Source of the DNA: Callorhinchus milii
Taxonomy: Eukaryota
DNA: 64,000 nucleotides
Assembly: GCF_018977255.1 (NCBI RefSeq)
Contig: NW_024704742.1
Span: forward strand, 138,634,001 to 138,698,000
Reading direction: 5' to 3'
Each line of letters starts with the position of its first letter. Within the stretch, counting starts at the first letter, position 1. The notes under the pieces are model-generated. The model was not told the origin of the DNA. It was given only the letters and a program-made list of their open reading frames with translations, and did no database searches. The position numbers and the translations under genes are program-made. Below, piece after piece: positions 12,538 to 26,084 of this stretch.

Positions 12538-12670
12538 GTACAGTATGGTGTCTGGGGAGCTCCGGGGGGAGGTGCTGAACAATGCCTATTACGGTGGTCA
12601 GTGTGACACTCGGTCACAGGGTCTGAAGCTTTACCGCCTGCCCAGCAACCTGCTGAACGTCAGCTTCCAG
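12538..12670 (+). CDS. C6: C6 first MACPF exon, copy 2 (intact)
   Basis: Acceptor ctcag|, peptide YSMVSGELRGEVLNNAYYGGQCDTRSQGLKLYRLPSNLLNVSFQ, donor |gtacgt. 133 nt, phase 2 to 0. Confidence 0.75.
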
Positions 12671-13008
12671 GTACGTCCTGTAGCTCAGGGGTTGAGCCCT
12701 CGCCTCGCAAGCGAGAGGACCTGGGTGATTCCCGGGCGGGGGCGAAACCTTGGGCAAGTTTCCTTACCCACCCCCGCACCTCTGGTTACCAGCAGTGTAG
12801 GGAACCCGTTGGGTGGATTCGTGGATCACTTTCTGGGGTAATAATCCCCCCAAAAAATATTGGCACTAATCCACGACTGTTTGTGGGACACTGCTGTGCA
12901 CAATTGGCGTGCCCGCCAAAAAAGTCACTACACTTTACTAGTGAAGCGCTTTGAGACGTCTTGGAGACGTGATCAGGCGCTGTATCAAATACAAGGATTA
13001 TTATTATT

Positions 13009-13040
<32 letters not shown>

Positions 13041-13860
13041 GGCAGTTTGATCCCTTCTGACAGCCTCTGTGAGGAGTTGAGTGACCAGCAGTTGGGTGGG
13101 GAGGGGGTCGAGGCAGCAGGGGGTGAAGTTCATCTGGGTGATTGTGGTTGAGAGGGAGACGTCTTAAAGCGCTTCCACGGGATATACCGTACAGTGTAGT
13201 GACTGTGTATTTTGTGGGCTAAGCTCAGCAGCCAATGGCACGCAGCAGTACCCCACAAACAGCCGTGGATTCAAGGGACCAATTTATTATTTTTTTGAAG
13301 GGTTTATTACCCCCGGAAAGCGATCCATCAATCAACTAACACCCGGGTTACGTACCGCCGGTAAACAGAGGTGTGTGGAGTAAGGAGACGTACCTAACGT
13401 TTGGTCCTCCCCGGGAATCGAACCCGGGTATCCTCGTTTGTGAGGGGAGACCACCTGATCTATACATAGTATAATAATCTATATGCAAGGATTATTATTA
13501 TTATTATTATTATCATAGAATATATAGACTATTACGAAGACTGTGTGCAAATATAAACTGTATTTATTTACATGTAATTAAATAGGAAAACCCAATGATT
13601 AACTCCACACTCCATCACACCGTCCTCACCCTCACCCTCACCCTCACCCAATCCTCACCGTCAGCCCCACCCTCACCAGACTCCACACACCCATACCCCC
13701 CACCCCCCCACCCCCCGCCCCACCCCACCGCTGCACTGCTACCTCTGGTAAGTGTACAACCAAACCACATTCCCCCATCCTCTGGGAGTCTCTTCCCAAA
13801 TGTGTGACTGTGTATATCCCTGTGTCACTGTGTAGCTATGTCGCTGTGTGGCTGCGTACC

Positions 13861-14870
13861 TACACTGTGTGTCCACACTCCCAGGTCAGGGTTAGAGACA
13901 CAGTAACGCTCCCTCTACACTGTGTGTCCACACTCCCAGGTCAGGGTTAGAGACACAGTAACGCTCCTCTACACTGTGTGTCCACACTCCCAGGTCAGGG
14001 TTAGAGACACAGTAACGCTCCTCTACACTGTGTGTCCACACTCCCAGGTCAGGGTTAGAGACACAGTAACGCTCCTCTACACTGTGTGTCCACACTCCCA
14101 GGTCAGGGTTAGAGACACAGTAACGCTCCTCTACACTGTGTGTCCACACTCCCAGGTCAGGGTTAGAGACACAGTAAAGCTCCTCTACACTGTGTGTCCA
14201 CACTCCCAGGTCAGGGTTAGAGACACAGTAACGCTCCTCTACACTGTGTGTCCACACTCCCAGGTCAGGGTTAGAGACACAGTAACGCTCCTCTACACTG
14301 TGTGTCCACACTCCCAGGTCAGGGTTAGAGACACAGTAACGCTCCTCTACACTGTGTGTCCACACTCCCAGGTCAGGGTTAGAGACACAGTAACGCTCCT
14401 CTACACTGTGTCCACACTCCCAGGTCAGGGTTAGAGACACAGTAAAGCTCCTCTACACTGTGTGTCCACACTCCCAGGTCAGGGTTAGAGACACAGTAAA
14501 GCTCCTCTACACTGTGTGTCCACACTCCCAGGTCAGGGTTAGAGACACAGTAACGCTCCTCTACACTGTGCGTCCACACTCCCAGGTCAGGGTTAGAGAC
14601 ACAGTAACGCTCCTCTACACTGTGTGTCCACACTCCCAGGTCAGGGTTAGAGACACAGTAACGCTCCTCTACACTGTGTGTCCACACTCCCAGGTCAGGG
14701 TTAGAGACACAGTAAAGCTCCTCTACACTGTGTGTCCACACTCCCAGGTCAGGGTTAGAGACACAGTAAAGCTCCCTCTACACTGTGCGCCCACACTCCC
14801 AGGTCAGGGTTAGAGACACAGTAACGCTCCTCTACACTGTGTGTCCACACTCCCAGGTCAGGGTTAGAGA
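13861..14870. repeat. 54-bp satellite, about 18-19 units
   Basis: Same unit as 6087-6749. Produces 18-aa periodic spurious ORFs. Confidence 0.95.
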
Positions 14871-14902
14871 CTGAGGTGACGTGTGTGTGTGTGTGTTGGC
14901 AG

Positions 14903-15078
14903 ATCACCAGCGTGATGTTGAGGTGTCCCGTGTTCGGGCTGTGATCTCCGCGGAGCTGGGTCCCGCTGACCGACCGCTGCTCGTGCTGTCATGTGTGTCT
15001 CGGCCGGGCGTGTCCCGTGTGCCATGTGTGTACATCGCTCACCAGCTCCACCTGCAGCTTCTCACCCGGCCCTGGCTG
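14903..15078 (+). CDS. FBXO4: F-box only protein 4, penultimate exon
   Basis: Acceptor ttggcag|, peptide HQRDVEVSRVRAVISAELGPADRPLLVLSCVSRPGVSRVPCVYIAHQLHLQLLTRPWL, donor |gtaagt. Matches the FBXO4 C-terminal motif RPLLVLSC...PC.Y.AH.LHL.LL..PWL. Phase 1 to 0. Confidence 0.88.
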
Positions 15079-15406
15079 GTAAGTGACCCCCCGACCTCCG
15101 GCATTTCCACATCTCAGTGTGTCCGAGCGTGTGCCTCAGGCTGTTCTTGCATGTCGGGCCATGGCCATATGTGTTGGCGTGTGTCTGCATGTTTTTGTGC
15201 GGGTCTGTGTCACTAGTGTGTCTCTCCATGTCATTAGCGTGTCTCTTTATGTCTCTGTGTGTCACTAACATGCCTCTGTGTCTCTGCCCGTCACTCACAT
15301 GTCTCTGCATGTCACTGGCATGTCTCTGGATGTCGCTAGCGTGTTTTGGCGTGTCTCTGCGAGTCACTAGCGCGTCTGTGTGTCATTGGTGTGCTGTGCT
15401 TGTCAG

Positions 15407-15493
15407 GTTCAGGATGTGGAGGTGACAACTCTGAACGGCTTCCTGGAAGGAATCGGATGGCTCCTGCAGGAGATCAGGAGCGGCAGCCAGTGA
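15407..15493 (+). CDS. FBXO4: FBXO4 last coding exon
   Basis: Acceptor tgtcag|, peptide VQDVEVTTLNGFLEGIGWLLQEIRSGSQ*. Compare the human ending as recalled, VQDTEAETLTGFLNGIEWILEEV. Confidence 0.88.
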   Translation, partial: VQDVEVTTLNGFLEGIGWLLQEIRSGSQ

Positions 15494-15613
15494 CCCCCCC
15501 CCTCCCCCCCAACACTTCCCTTCCCTCTCCCTCCCTCCCCCTCCCCCCCACCCACCCCCCATAAACACGGTAGGCAGTTCGCCCAAAGCAATGTCCCACC
15601 AAAGCCACGTAAT

Positions 15614-15619
15614 AATAAA
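15614..15619 (+). terminator. Putative FBXO4 polyadenylation signal AATAAA
   Basis: First AATAAA, about 120 nt after the stop codon. Confidence 0.5.
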
Positions 15620-15822
15620 AACCCTCACGTTCGATATCCTGCCTTTCACCCCATCAAGATGTTGCAAAGTTCTTCGCAGGTGTCAAGTGTAGTGACTGTG
15701 CAGGGCTCAGGCCAACCCAAAGGCACCCAATTCACACCACAGGACCCTCTCCCACTGCTCCAGCTCGTGAGGGAGGAGACACGTGAGCTGAGCAAAGCTG
15801 ATTCCTTGCCACAGGATCTCCT

Positions 15823-16180
15823 CACACACACCACACACCCACACACCACACACACACACCGTACACGCACACACACACACAGTACACACACCGCACACAC
15901 CGCACACGCACACCACCACACACAAACCACACACACACAACACACACGTACACACACCACACACGTACACACACATCGCACACACCACACACAGAGCACA
16001 CACCACACGCACACACACATACACCGCACACACACACACAGACCGCACACACACCACACATATACCACGTACACACACAACACACACCACACACACATAC
16101 CACACACACACACCACCTCACACCACACACGCACACACCACCTCACACGCACACACCTCACACACACCACAAACACCACA
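15823..16180. repeat. (CA)-rich low-complexity tract
   Basis: Directly visible. Confidence 0.9.
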
Positions 16181-17989
16181 AAGTATTTCTTATCCACAAA
16201 TGTCTCACCAGAAGCACAGCGTCTCTCACAGCGTCTCTCAGTGTCTCATAGTGTCTCTCTCAGCGTCTCTCACAGCATCTCTGTCTCACAGCGTCTCACA
16301 GTGTGCTCTCCCTCAGCGTCTCTCACAGTGTGGTCTCTCACAGCGTCTCTCACAGCATCTCTGTCTCACAGCGTCTCACAGTGTGCTCTCCCTCAGCGTC
16401 TCTCACAGTGTGGTCTCTCACAGCGTCTCTCACAACATGCTTCTGGTAAGACATTAAACCTCACTTACCATCTGTGCCCTGTTCAGGTGGACGTTAAAGA
16501 CGTTTGGGGTTGTTGGGAAAAGAGAAAGGGGTCTCTTTCTCTCTCCCCCGGTGTACTGGCCGACAACCCCCACCCCTCCCCCACCAGATAGAATCACTCG
16601 GTGACTGAGCTGACGTCTCTCAAAGCTTTTCATTTGACATCACGCCTTATAATGCCCTTGAGACGTCTCAAAGCACTTCACAGAATATACTGGCAAGTGT
16701 AGTGACTGCATTTTGCGGGCGAAACTCGGCAGTCAATTGTGCACAGCAGTGTCCAACAAACAGTCATAGATTGAGTGCCATATTTTTACTGAAGGGATTA
16801 TTACTTCCAGAAAGTGATCCACCAATCGACCAACAAGTGGGTCCCTACTCACTGCTGGTAACCAGAGGTGTGCGGAGTAAGGAAACTTGCCCAAGGTCTC
16901 GCCCCCTGCCCGGGAATCAAACCCAGGTCCTCTCGCTTGCGAGGCCTCTAACCCCTGAGCTACAAGAAACCGACAGACTACAGAACGGTGCTCTTTATTA
17001 TTTCACTGGGATGTTTATCCCTTTGAAATGAGTTGATGGGTAAAGAATGAGGCTTTGGCCGGCCACAGGCCACAATACGCGTGTGTGTGGGACAGTGAGC
17101 GGGGACTGGGTGGTGTGGACCAGCACTGGCTCACACACAGTCCTTTGATCGCACAGAGCTAAATATCACATTGAATCAGCTGATCAGTGATGTCTCCCTA
17201 TCGCCCTTGATGAACCCATCCTGTGAGCCTCAGTCATCACTGTCCCCACCATATAATTAACAAGGGACCCAGCCTGAGTCACAGGCCTGTGGGCTGAGAG
17301 CGTCGGCATCAAGTGATAATAGTAATAATAATCCTTGCATTTGATACAGCGCTTTATCGTGCCCTCGAGATGTCTCAAAGCGCTTCACAGGATACACTGT
17401 AAAGTGAATTGACTATATTTTGTAGGCGAAACCCGGCAGCCAATTGCGCACAGCAGCGTCCCCACAAACAGCCGTGGACTGAGTGACCAATTTTGAAGGA
17501 ATTATTACCCCAAGAAAAGCCAACCACCAATCAACTAACAACCGAGAGAGTAGAGGGTGTAGGGTCCCCTACTCACTGCTGGTAAACAGAGGTGCGAGGG
17601 GTAAGGAAACTTGCCCAACGTTTCGCCCCCTCCCCGGGAATCAAACCCGGGTCCTCTCGCTTGCGAGGCGAGGGCTCTAACCCCTGAGCTACAGGTCTCC
17701 ACTAGTGGGCAAAACATCCTGGAACTTGTTTATAAAGCAGTTTGATGCTGCGATGAGGGGTGAGGGCGAGTGTGGGCGGGGGGTTCTGGTGAGAGGTAAT
17801 GGACTGTATGTCCACATGGTGGCAGTAGCGCACTATAACCTCCCGGAGCCTCAGGGCCGGTCAACACTCAGCTGAGCTTCACTGAGGCAAACACACAGCG
17901 ACGCCCGGACACGCTCAGCGACCTCGAGACACTGGGCTGTGGGACTCTCGCTTCACTGTGAGAGCAGAGACTCCGGGCTGGACACCGGC

Positions 17990-19340
17990 AACCAGCCACC
18001 CACCCACCCACCCACCACACCATGCCAACCACACCCACCCACCCACCAACCACACCCACCAACCAACCGCACCAACCCCACCCACCCACCAACCACACCA
18101 TGCCAACCACACAAACCAACCACACCAACCCCACCCACCAACCACTCCAACCCCACCCACCAACCACTCCAACCCCACCCACCAACCACACCAACCCCAC
18201 CCACCAACCACACCCACCAACCACACCAACCCCACCCACCAACCAACCACACCAACCCCACCCACCAACCACACCAACCCCACCCACCCACCACACCATG
18301 CCAACCACACCCACCCACCCACTACACCATGCCAACCACACCCACCCACCACACCATGCCAACCACACCCACCCACCCACCAACCACACCCACCAACCAA
18401 CCGCACCAACCCCACCCACCCACCAACCACACCATGCCAACCACACAAACCAACCACACCAACCCCACCCACCAACCACTCCAACCCCACCCACCAACCA
18501 CACCAACCCCACCCACCAACCACACCAACCCCACCCACCAACCAACCACACCAACCCCACCCACCAACCACACCAACCCCACCCACCAACCACACCCACC
18601 AACCACACCAACCCCACCCACCAACCAACCACACCAACCCCACCCACCAACCACACCAACCCCACCCACCAACCACTCCAACCCCACCCACCAACCACAT
18701 CAACTCCACCCACCAACCACACCAACCCCACCCACCAACCAACCACACCAACCCCACCCACCAACCACACCAACCCCACCCACCAACCACTCCAACCCCA
18801 CCCACCAACCACATCAACTCCACCCACCAACCACACCAACCCCACCCACCAACCAACCACACCAACCAGCCACCTAAGCCAACCACACCAACCCCACCCA
18901 CCAACCAACCACACCAACCCCACCCACCAACCACACCAACCCCACCCACCAACCACATCAACCCCACCCACCAACCACTCCAACCCCACCCACCAACCAA
19001 CCACACCAACCAGCCACCTAAGCCAACCACACCAACCCCACCCACCAACCACTCCAACCCCACCCACCAACCAACCACACCAACCCCACCCACCAATCAC
19101 ACCAACCCCACCCACCAACCACTCCAACCACACCAACCCCACACCCACCAACCACACCAACCCCACACCCACCAACAAACCACACCAACCAACCAACCTC
19201 ACCATGCCAACCACACACACCAACAAATCATATCAACCAACCATACCAAACAACCAACCAAACACACTATGCCAACCACACCAACCAAACACACCAAACA
19301 AATACACCAACCAACCAACCAAACACATCAACCAACCACA
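17990..19340. repeat. C/A-rich minisatellite (ccaaccacaccaaccccaccca-type)
   Basis: Directly visible. Source of several 300-480 aa P/T/H/Q and G/V/W spurious ORFs. Confidence 0.95.
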
Positions 19341-22300
19341 CCCCCAAGTCTGGCCTTCACACACTCTTGCTCTTTCTCCCTGGAAGGACACGTCCTACTT
19401 ACCTAATTCCGGTTAATATTAATCAGTCTTCAAGTATGATCTGAAGATGGGAATGAACAAGCAAGGCCGAGGGATAGAGGAAGAGTGTTCCAGAGTTTTG
19501 GGCTGTGGTGGCTGAAATTTCGGCCGCCGATGGTGAAGCTGAGGGGAAGAGGGACAAACAGGAGGCCAGAGCCAGTTGAGCAGAGGCAGCGTGTACTGGA
19601 GTGGGGAGTAAGCAGGTTGAAGAGTTAGGGAGGTGCCAAGGTGTGAAGGGATTTGTAGGCGACCGTGAGGATCTTGAAATCGATTAAGTTCAATGCCACG
19701 TACCAGGTTTATTCAAGTCCTAATCCAGTTGCTAATCCAGGTCCTCGTGTGAGGGGCCTTGGCAAATAGACATGGCTGTGTGAAGCCCCCTCAGAGAGTA
19801 TTAGGCGCAGGTTGGTGAGAGCCAAGGCTTGGGGGGCGCCCAGAGTGTGTGTTGGGATAACTGCTGGAGTCTAACCAGCTAAACCCACATAGCTTGGCCA
19901 TTGAGATCACTGTCTGGTCAGCTTTGCCGCTGCTTGTCCAGCGAGGACCACCCTCTGCATTAGGGCTTTGGCTACAAGGTTAACAGGAGCTGAGGGGGAG
20001 GATTCCCTGCCCTCAGTGATCGGTCGGCCCTTCCAAGCCCTGCCGATGAGCTAGGCCGGGCTGTGCTGTCATCAGCCGTGAGAGCCCTAGAATACTGTCA
20101 ACCCCCTGGCTCAGGAACCAGACTAGAGACCTTCCCAGGGAACTGGCTCGATTCCAATATTCCATTGCCAGACACATCCCGTAGAGCCAGATCAGTCACA
20201 AGGAAACTCCACTTACCTCACCTCCTCCAGGGACGATAGTAGATGCGTTTGGCATCCTTGTAAACTTCCTCACTCACTTCATGGCTGTTAGTGGGACATT
20301 ACTGAGCACAAACTGGCTGCCGCTTTTACCTACAAATAGAGTCAGAGAACTTTACAGTAAATCCGTGAAGCAATTTGATATGTCCTCCTGACAATGAAGG
20401 GTGCTGAATTAAATACAAGGATTGTTATTTTTATTATTAATAAGTAGAAATGTTTTGACGCAAATGTCATATACCCATGGCTTGACCTTCACAATCTGCT
20501 ATGACTTACAGCGGAACCACAACTTTCATGTAAATATTGTGTCCTTCACACAGGCTGGTGTCTCGCAGAGCTTACCAGTGCCTTATGCTGAGACTGAGCA
20601 ATTTTAGCGAAATGTCTGTGTTTGTCTCTAACCCTATGGGAGTCTGGACGGACAGCATAGAGGGAGTTTTACTGTGTCTCTAACCCTGACCTGGGAGTGT
20701 AGACAGAGAGTGTAGAGGGAGCTTTATTACAGATCCTATCTCTCACACCTCTCCACTTTGTCTCCACAAATGGCTTCTCGTCTAGTCCTGCACCATCTTG
20801 TGTGGTGTTCCTCAGGGCTCTGTCCTTGGTCCCCTCTCTTCAATCTATATGCTCCCTCTTGGTAATATCATCCACAGACACAGGGTCAACTCCCACATGT
20901 ATGTGGATGACACCCAACTCTCCCTCTCTGCCCCCCCCCTTGACCCACTGCTGTCCTGACAGAATGACTGTCAGACGTCAAGTCCTGGATGAGGGCAAAC
21001 TTTCTACAGTTGAACGTCAACAAGACCGAGGCTCCTGATTGGCTCCCGTCAGCGCCTCCTCACCTCAGGCCCTGACAGCATCACCATCCCTGGGGCTCAC
21101 TCCCCCTCACTGCGCCAGTCCCGAACCTTGGGGTCTGGTTTGACCCTCAACTATCCTTTCTACCCCACATCTGCCCCATGACCCACTCTGGCTTCCCCAC
21201 CTCCACAAAATCGCCAGACTCCGCCACTGTCTCACACCTCAGGCTGGTGAAACCCTCATATATGCCTTCATTCAACCAAGCTCCACTATGCCAACTCCCT
21301 GCAAATGGTTGTAGAAATCTGGAATTCTCTCCCCCAAAAAGCCATGGATCCTGGATCCATCCACACCTTCAAGAGTGAGGTTAATAGATTGTTGGTAGGT
21401 CGGGGATTAAGGGATGGGGAGAAAGCAGGAAATTGGAATTGAAAGGATTAGTTGAGGTACAGATCAGCCATAATCTAATTAAATGTCGGAACAGGCTCGA
21501 AGGGCTGAATGGCCTACTCCTGTTCCTATGTTCCTATGTTCCTCCCCATCCCTTAAGAGGATCGAATTCAAAATTCTTATCCTCACCTTCAAAGCCCTCC
21601 ATGGCCTTGCCCCGTCCTACTTATCTGATCTGCTGACCCCTTATCAACCTGTCCACTCCCTCCTCTCAGCAGGCTCCAGCCTGCTCCATGTCCCCCATCG
21701 GCGGATGGGCCTTCAGTCTCTCTGCCCCCCAGCCTCTGGAACTCCTTCCCACATTCCCTTGACCTCCTCCAAGGCATGCCTCAAGACCCTCCTCTTCGAC
21801 CATGCCTTCGTCCACCCTCCTACCTGCACTCTCCCTGCCTTTCACCCTCTCTGATCCCAACTGTGTCTCTAACCCTGACCTAGAAGTGTGGACGTACAGT
21901 GTAGAGGGAGCTTTACTGTGTCTCTAATCCATGCTGTCGATGACCTTAGTTAGGTTTTGAGGAGAGGCTGAGAGTTTTAAGTTGAAGTATAAATGAATGA
22001 AAGTTTGAAGCTGGCCTGGGGGCTGATTGGGAACTCAGATTTCCTTTATTTACTGTAGTCACAGAATCAGTGAAACTTGAGCACAGTGTAACCTGGTCGC
22101 AAATGCTGTTCAGGCGGCCAGTAAAGATCTTGTGACTCTGTTGTAAAAGAGAAGGGAGTTTCTCCCTCCTGGTGTCCTGCCCGACAATCCCCCAGATAAA
22201 ATCGCTCATTCACTTTAGAATAATAATAATCCTTGCATTTGATACAGTGCCTCATCACATCATTGAGTTGTCTCAAAGCGCTTCACAAAATATACTGTAA

Positions 22301-22699
22301 AGTGTAGTGACTTTGTATTTTGCGGGCAAAACACGGCATCTAATTGTGCACAGCAGTGTCCCACAAACAGTCATGGATTGTGTGACCAAATTATTATTGT
22401 GTTGTTTAGTGACTGTAGTGTGTAGTGACTGTGTGTTGTGTAGTTGGCTGTGTATTGTGTAGCGACTAACAAGTGGGTTACTACTTATTTCTAGGTAAAC
22501 AGTGTGGAGTAAGGAAACGTTCCTAAGGTTTCACCCTGCCCGGGAATCAAACCCAGGTCCTCTCACTTGTGAGGCGAGTGCTCTAACCACTGAGCTACAG
22601 AACTCCACACAGGACTGTTTATTGCTAAATGCCGTGCTGTTCTTTATTAATCCATATTTTTCTAAGTGAAAATTTATTTTGTCCTGGATTAGTCTCTAG

Positions 22700-23270
22700 A
22701 AGTTTTCCCACAACTGACGTTAGGCACTGGCCGGCACTTCCCGGGTTTATCCTTCTGCCCCATTTTGTACGGGGGAGTAACATTTGCAACCGTCCAGTCC
22801 TCTGGCACCACCCCGGTGTCCAAGGAGGATTGAAAGGTTGTGACCAGAGCCTCTGTTATTTCCACCCTGACTTCCCTCAGTAACCTCGGGTACATCCTGT
22901 CTGGACCGGGTGACTTATCTCCTTGAGCACCGACAGCCTTTTTAGTCCCTCCTCTCGGTTTATTCTGAACCAATTTCTCTCCCCTCTCCTCCGATACTGT
23001 GGCATTGGCTCCATCCTCTTCTTTTGTGAAGACAGATGCAAAGTCCTCAGTCAGTACGTCAGCCGTGCCCTCGGCCTCCACAAGAAGATTTCCTCTTGGT
23101 CCCTATTTGGCCCCACCCGACCTTTGACTAACCTTTTATTCTTTAGATGCTTATAACATACCTTAGGGTTCCCTTTTATGTTACCCATTAATCTTTTCTC
23201 ACACAATCTCTTTGCCACTCTTATTTCCTCTTCAGTTCTCCTCTGTACTTTCTATATTTTATTTGATTAT
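22700..23270 (-). mobile_element. CR1 ORF2 internal fragment
   Basis: DKSPGPDRMYPRLLREV...IF.SSLDTGVVPEDWTVANVTP is a CR1 RT N-terminal motif. Confidence 0.8.
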
Positions 23271-24142
23271 CTGCTGATTATTATCCCCGGAAAGGTGATC
23301 CGCCAATCGACTAACAAGCGGGTTCCTTCTGACTGCTGGTAAACAGAGACGTGTGGAGTAAGGAAACTTGCCTAAGGTTTGGCCCCTGTAAGAGGCTGTT
23401 GTGGAATCTGCTGTGGCAGCAGTTCTGGTGGAACGTGCCTACTCTCAGCACAGCAGCGGCTACATGTTGCTGAGACGTTTAACCTTGGAAGAGGAGTGGG
23501 CTCAGTGCCAGGCCTGACACCCAATCCCAGCCTCAGCCTTCGCGATCGGCAACAGAGTGTCCTACACTTTGCCAACGCTGGCAAAAACTGTTCATATCAG
23601 CACATCTACTCCCCAGCCCAGCCCCAGCCCGCCTTAACCCCTTACGTTTGTTCTCAATAACACTGACTCACAGAACTCGCACTCACACAGCGTCTGTAAC
23701 AGTGAGGATCTCACAGCTTCACAACTCAAACTATTGACAGTCAACATGGGTTCAGAAAGGGCAGGCTTATCTGATTGAGGTGTTTACCATGATAACGGAA
23801 TTTGATCGGGCAGCTACAGAGAAACTATTGCCTCTGGTGGGGAATCCAGAATAAGGGGCATCATCTTAAAATTAAAGCCGGGCCATTTAGCAGTGAAATC
23901 AGAGGCAGATTTTCACCCAAAGGCCAATGGGAATCTGGAACTCTCTCTCTCTCTCTCCAAAAGGCTGTGGATTCTGGCCGGATCCTTTCACATTGTCCAG
24001 ACTGAGGTGGAGAGATGTTTGTCAGGTCAGGGGACCCAGGGATATGGGGCAAAGGTGGGTAATTGGAGTTGAGGTAAAATCAGCCATGGTCTTATAGAAT
24101 GGCGGAACAGGCTCGAAGGGCCTCCTCCTGCGTCTATGCCTT

Positions 24143-24172
24143 NNNNNNNNNNNNNNNNNNNNNNNNNNNNNN
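24143..24172. other. Assembly gap (30 N)
   Basis: Run of n. Confidence 1.
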
Positions 24173-24411
24173 GGTTTGACTAACGCAATCAATTTAGCCG
24201 AGAGTGAGCCCGATTCCCAATCATTTCTCCCAACAACTATGGGGTGAGTGACTTGAGTTGTGACCCAAACACAAGTGCTGTTATTAGCGGTGAAAGTGAG
24301 TGAATTTGTAATTGGGCAGTGAATGGAGAGAGCTGAGTGTCTGACATGCTGCTCGCTCTCCCTCTGGCTGGTGGGTGTGAAGGTAGTTTGTGTGTGAATG
24401 TCCCCAGAGAC

Positions 24412-24511
24412 ATGACTCTGTCAGATTCGTCAACGATCTGCCTCTTAATGATCTCTCTCTGTCTGCGCTCAATCTGCTGTGGCACATTTCCGGAACATTC
24501 TGTGCCCAGAC
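24412..24511 (+). CDS. GHR: Candidate GHR signal-peptide exon
   Basis: ccccag|agacATG, peptide MTLSDSSTICLLMISLCLRSICCGTFPEHSVPR with a hydrophobic core. The phase-1 donor c|gtgatc would join 28977 in frame but is weak. The nearby gtaacg donor at 24523 is phase 0. Confidence 0.35.
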
Positions 24512-26084
24512 GTGATCAATGGGTAACGAGTAAAATTGAGAGAAAATGAATGTCTTTGTGTGTGTGGTGCTGAGCGGGGCCTGCTGAGAACTCAGACCTG
24601 ACACAAGCTCACACCTCCCACCCAGGTCACAACACACACACACTATGTGTGTACACTATCTGTATGTGTGGAGGACGTCCCAAGGCAGGGATTTGGACCC
24701 GAGCTGGGGGTTGGGATCAGGAGGGGGTGGGGGCAGGGAGGGTGGGGGTAGGAGGGTGACCAAAGGTGCGGTCAAAGAGGAAGGTCTTGAGACGGGTCTT
24801 GAAGCAGGCGAGGGAGGGAGCGAGAGGAAGGGACTGTGGGATGGAGTTCCAAAGTGTTGGGGGCAGAGAGGCTGAAGGCCCAACCATCGATGGTGGGGGT
24901 GTGACTGGGGGCGAGTGACGTGAAGCAGGCCAGAGCCCGCTGAGCTGAGGGAGTGGACAGGCTGATGTGGGGTCACAGAGCTAGGAGGTGGCCAGGCTGT
25001 GGAGGCTGTAAATAGGAGCACAGTGTGAGTCCTTCTGCCTGTCACAGTGCTGTGTAAGCTGAAAGCCTTGTTCACTGACAGGAAATCGATGCCTTTCTGT
25101 GCCTGTTATCTCTGTTTGTTGGCAAACCTGGCAGCCATTTTGCACACAGCCCGTCTCACGCACAGACATAAAGTGCACGAGAGATTAACGTGGGGAATTG
25201 GCAGCCAGGACACCGGGTGGGGAGAGGGAGAGAGAGAGCGAGCGAGAGAAACTTCCTTCTCTTTTCCAACAGTGAATGTCCACCTGAACAGGCAGATAGG
25301 ATTTCACTTTAACGTCTCACGCGAAGGGTGAATGTCTGAGACAGAGACAGACACAGGGGACAAAAGCAGTAATAATCAGCTTATGCAAATCATTGGTGAG
25401 AACAGAGCGGGCTCTGGCCTGCTCCATGTCCTCCCCTCCCCCCACCCCAGCCCATCCCCCCCACTATCGGCCCTTCAGCCTCTCTGACCCCACCCTTTGG
25501 AGCTCCATCCCACGGTCCCTTCCCCTCGCCTCCCTCCCTCGCCTCCTTCAAGGCACATCTTAAGACTCTCCTCTTAGTCCGTGCATTTGTCCACCCTCCT
25601 CACCCCCACCCTCCATGCTCTCCACCCCTACACCCCCTGCCCTCCATCCCTCCTACCCCCACCCTCCCTGATCTCCACCCCTCCTACCCCTAACCCCACC
25701 CTCCACCCCTCCTGTTCCCAACCCCCAGCTCGGGTCCAATATACAGTCAGTACACTTGACAGTGTATCCCGTGACGTGCTTTGAGATGTCTCGAAGACGT
25801 GACAAGCGCTGTATCAAACGCCAGGATTATTATTATTATTATTATTAATAATGGCCGCCTTCTGTGCTGTCGATTTCTGTGTAGATCAGCCTCTCTGCCA
25901 GACAGGAATTCGGGTTGTCCGTTGAGTTTGTTGACCTGGAGTGAACCTGGCCTGGTTCTCTCAGTGTCAAACACACACCACAGACACACAGATACAAACA
26001 CAGAGACGGCCCCTGGCCACGGCTTGCTGGTTAAGGGTGAACTCTGCCTGGCTCCGTTATCTGCCCTCTGGCCTCCGTGTCACA

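Noticed and set aside
13861..14870. CRISPR-like regular array
   Set aside because: Units are head-to-tail with no unique spacers, there are no cas genes, and the context is vertebrate.
12670..14903. C6-FBXO4 fusion protein
   Set aside because: The last C6 donors (10317 and 12670) are phase 0 while the FBXO4 acceptor is phase 1, so the join is out of frame. The junction also lies in a satellite.
17868..19416. 300-480 aa mucin-like or Gly/Trp-rich ORFs on both strands
   Set aside because: Stop-free C/A minisatellite with no splice or domain evidence.
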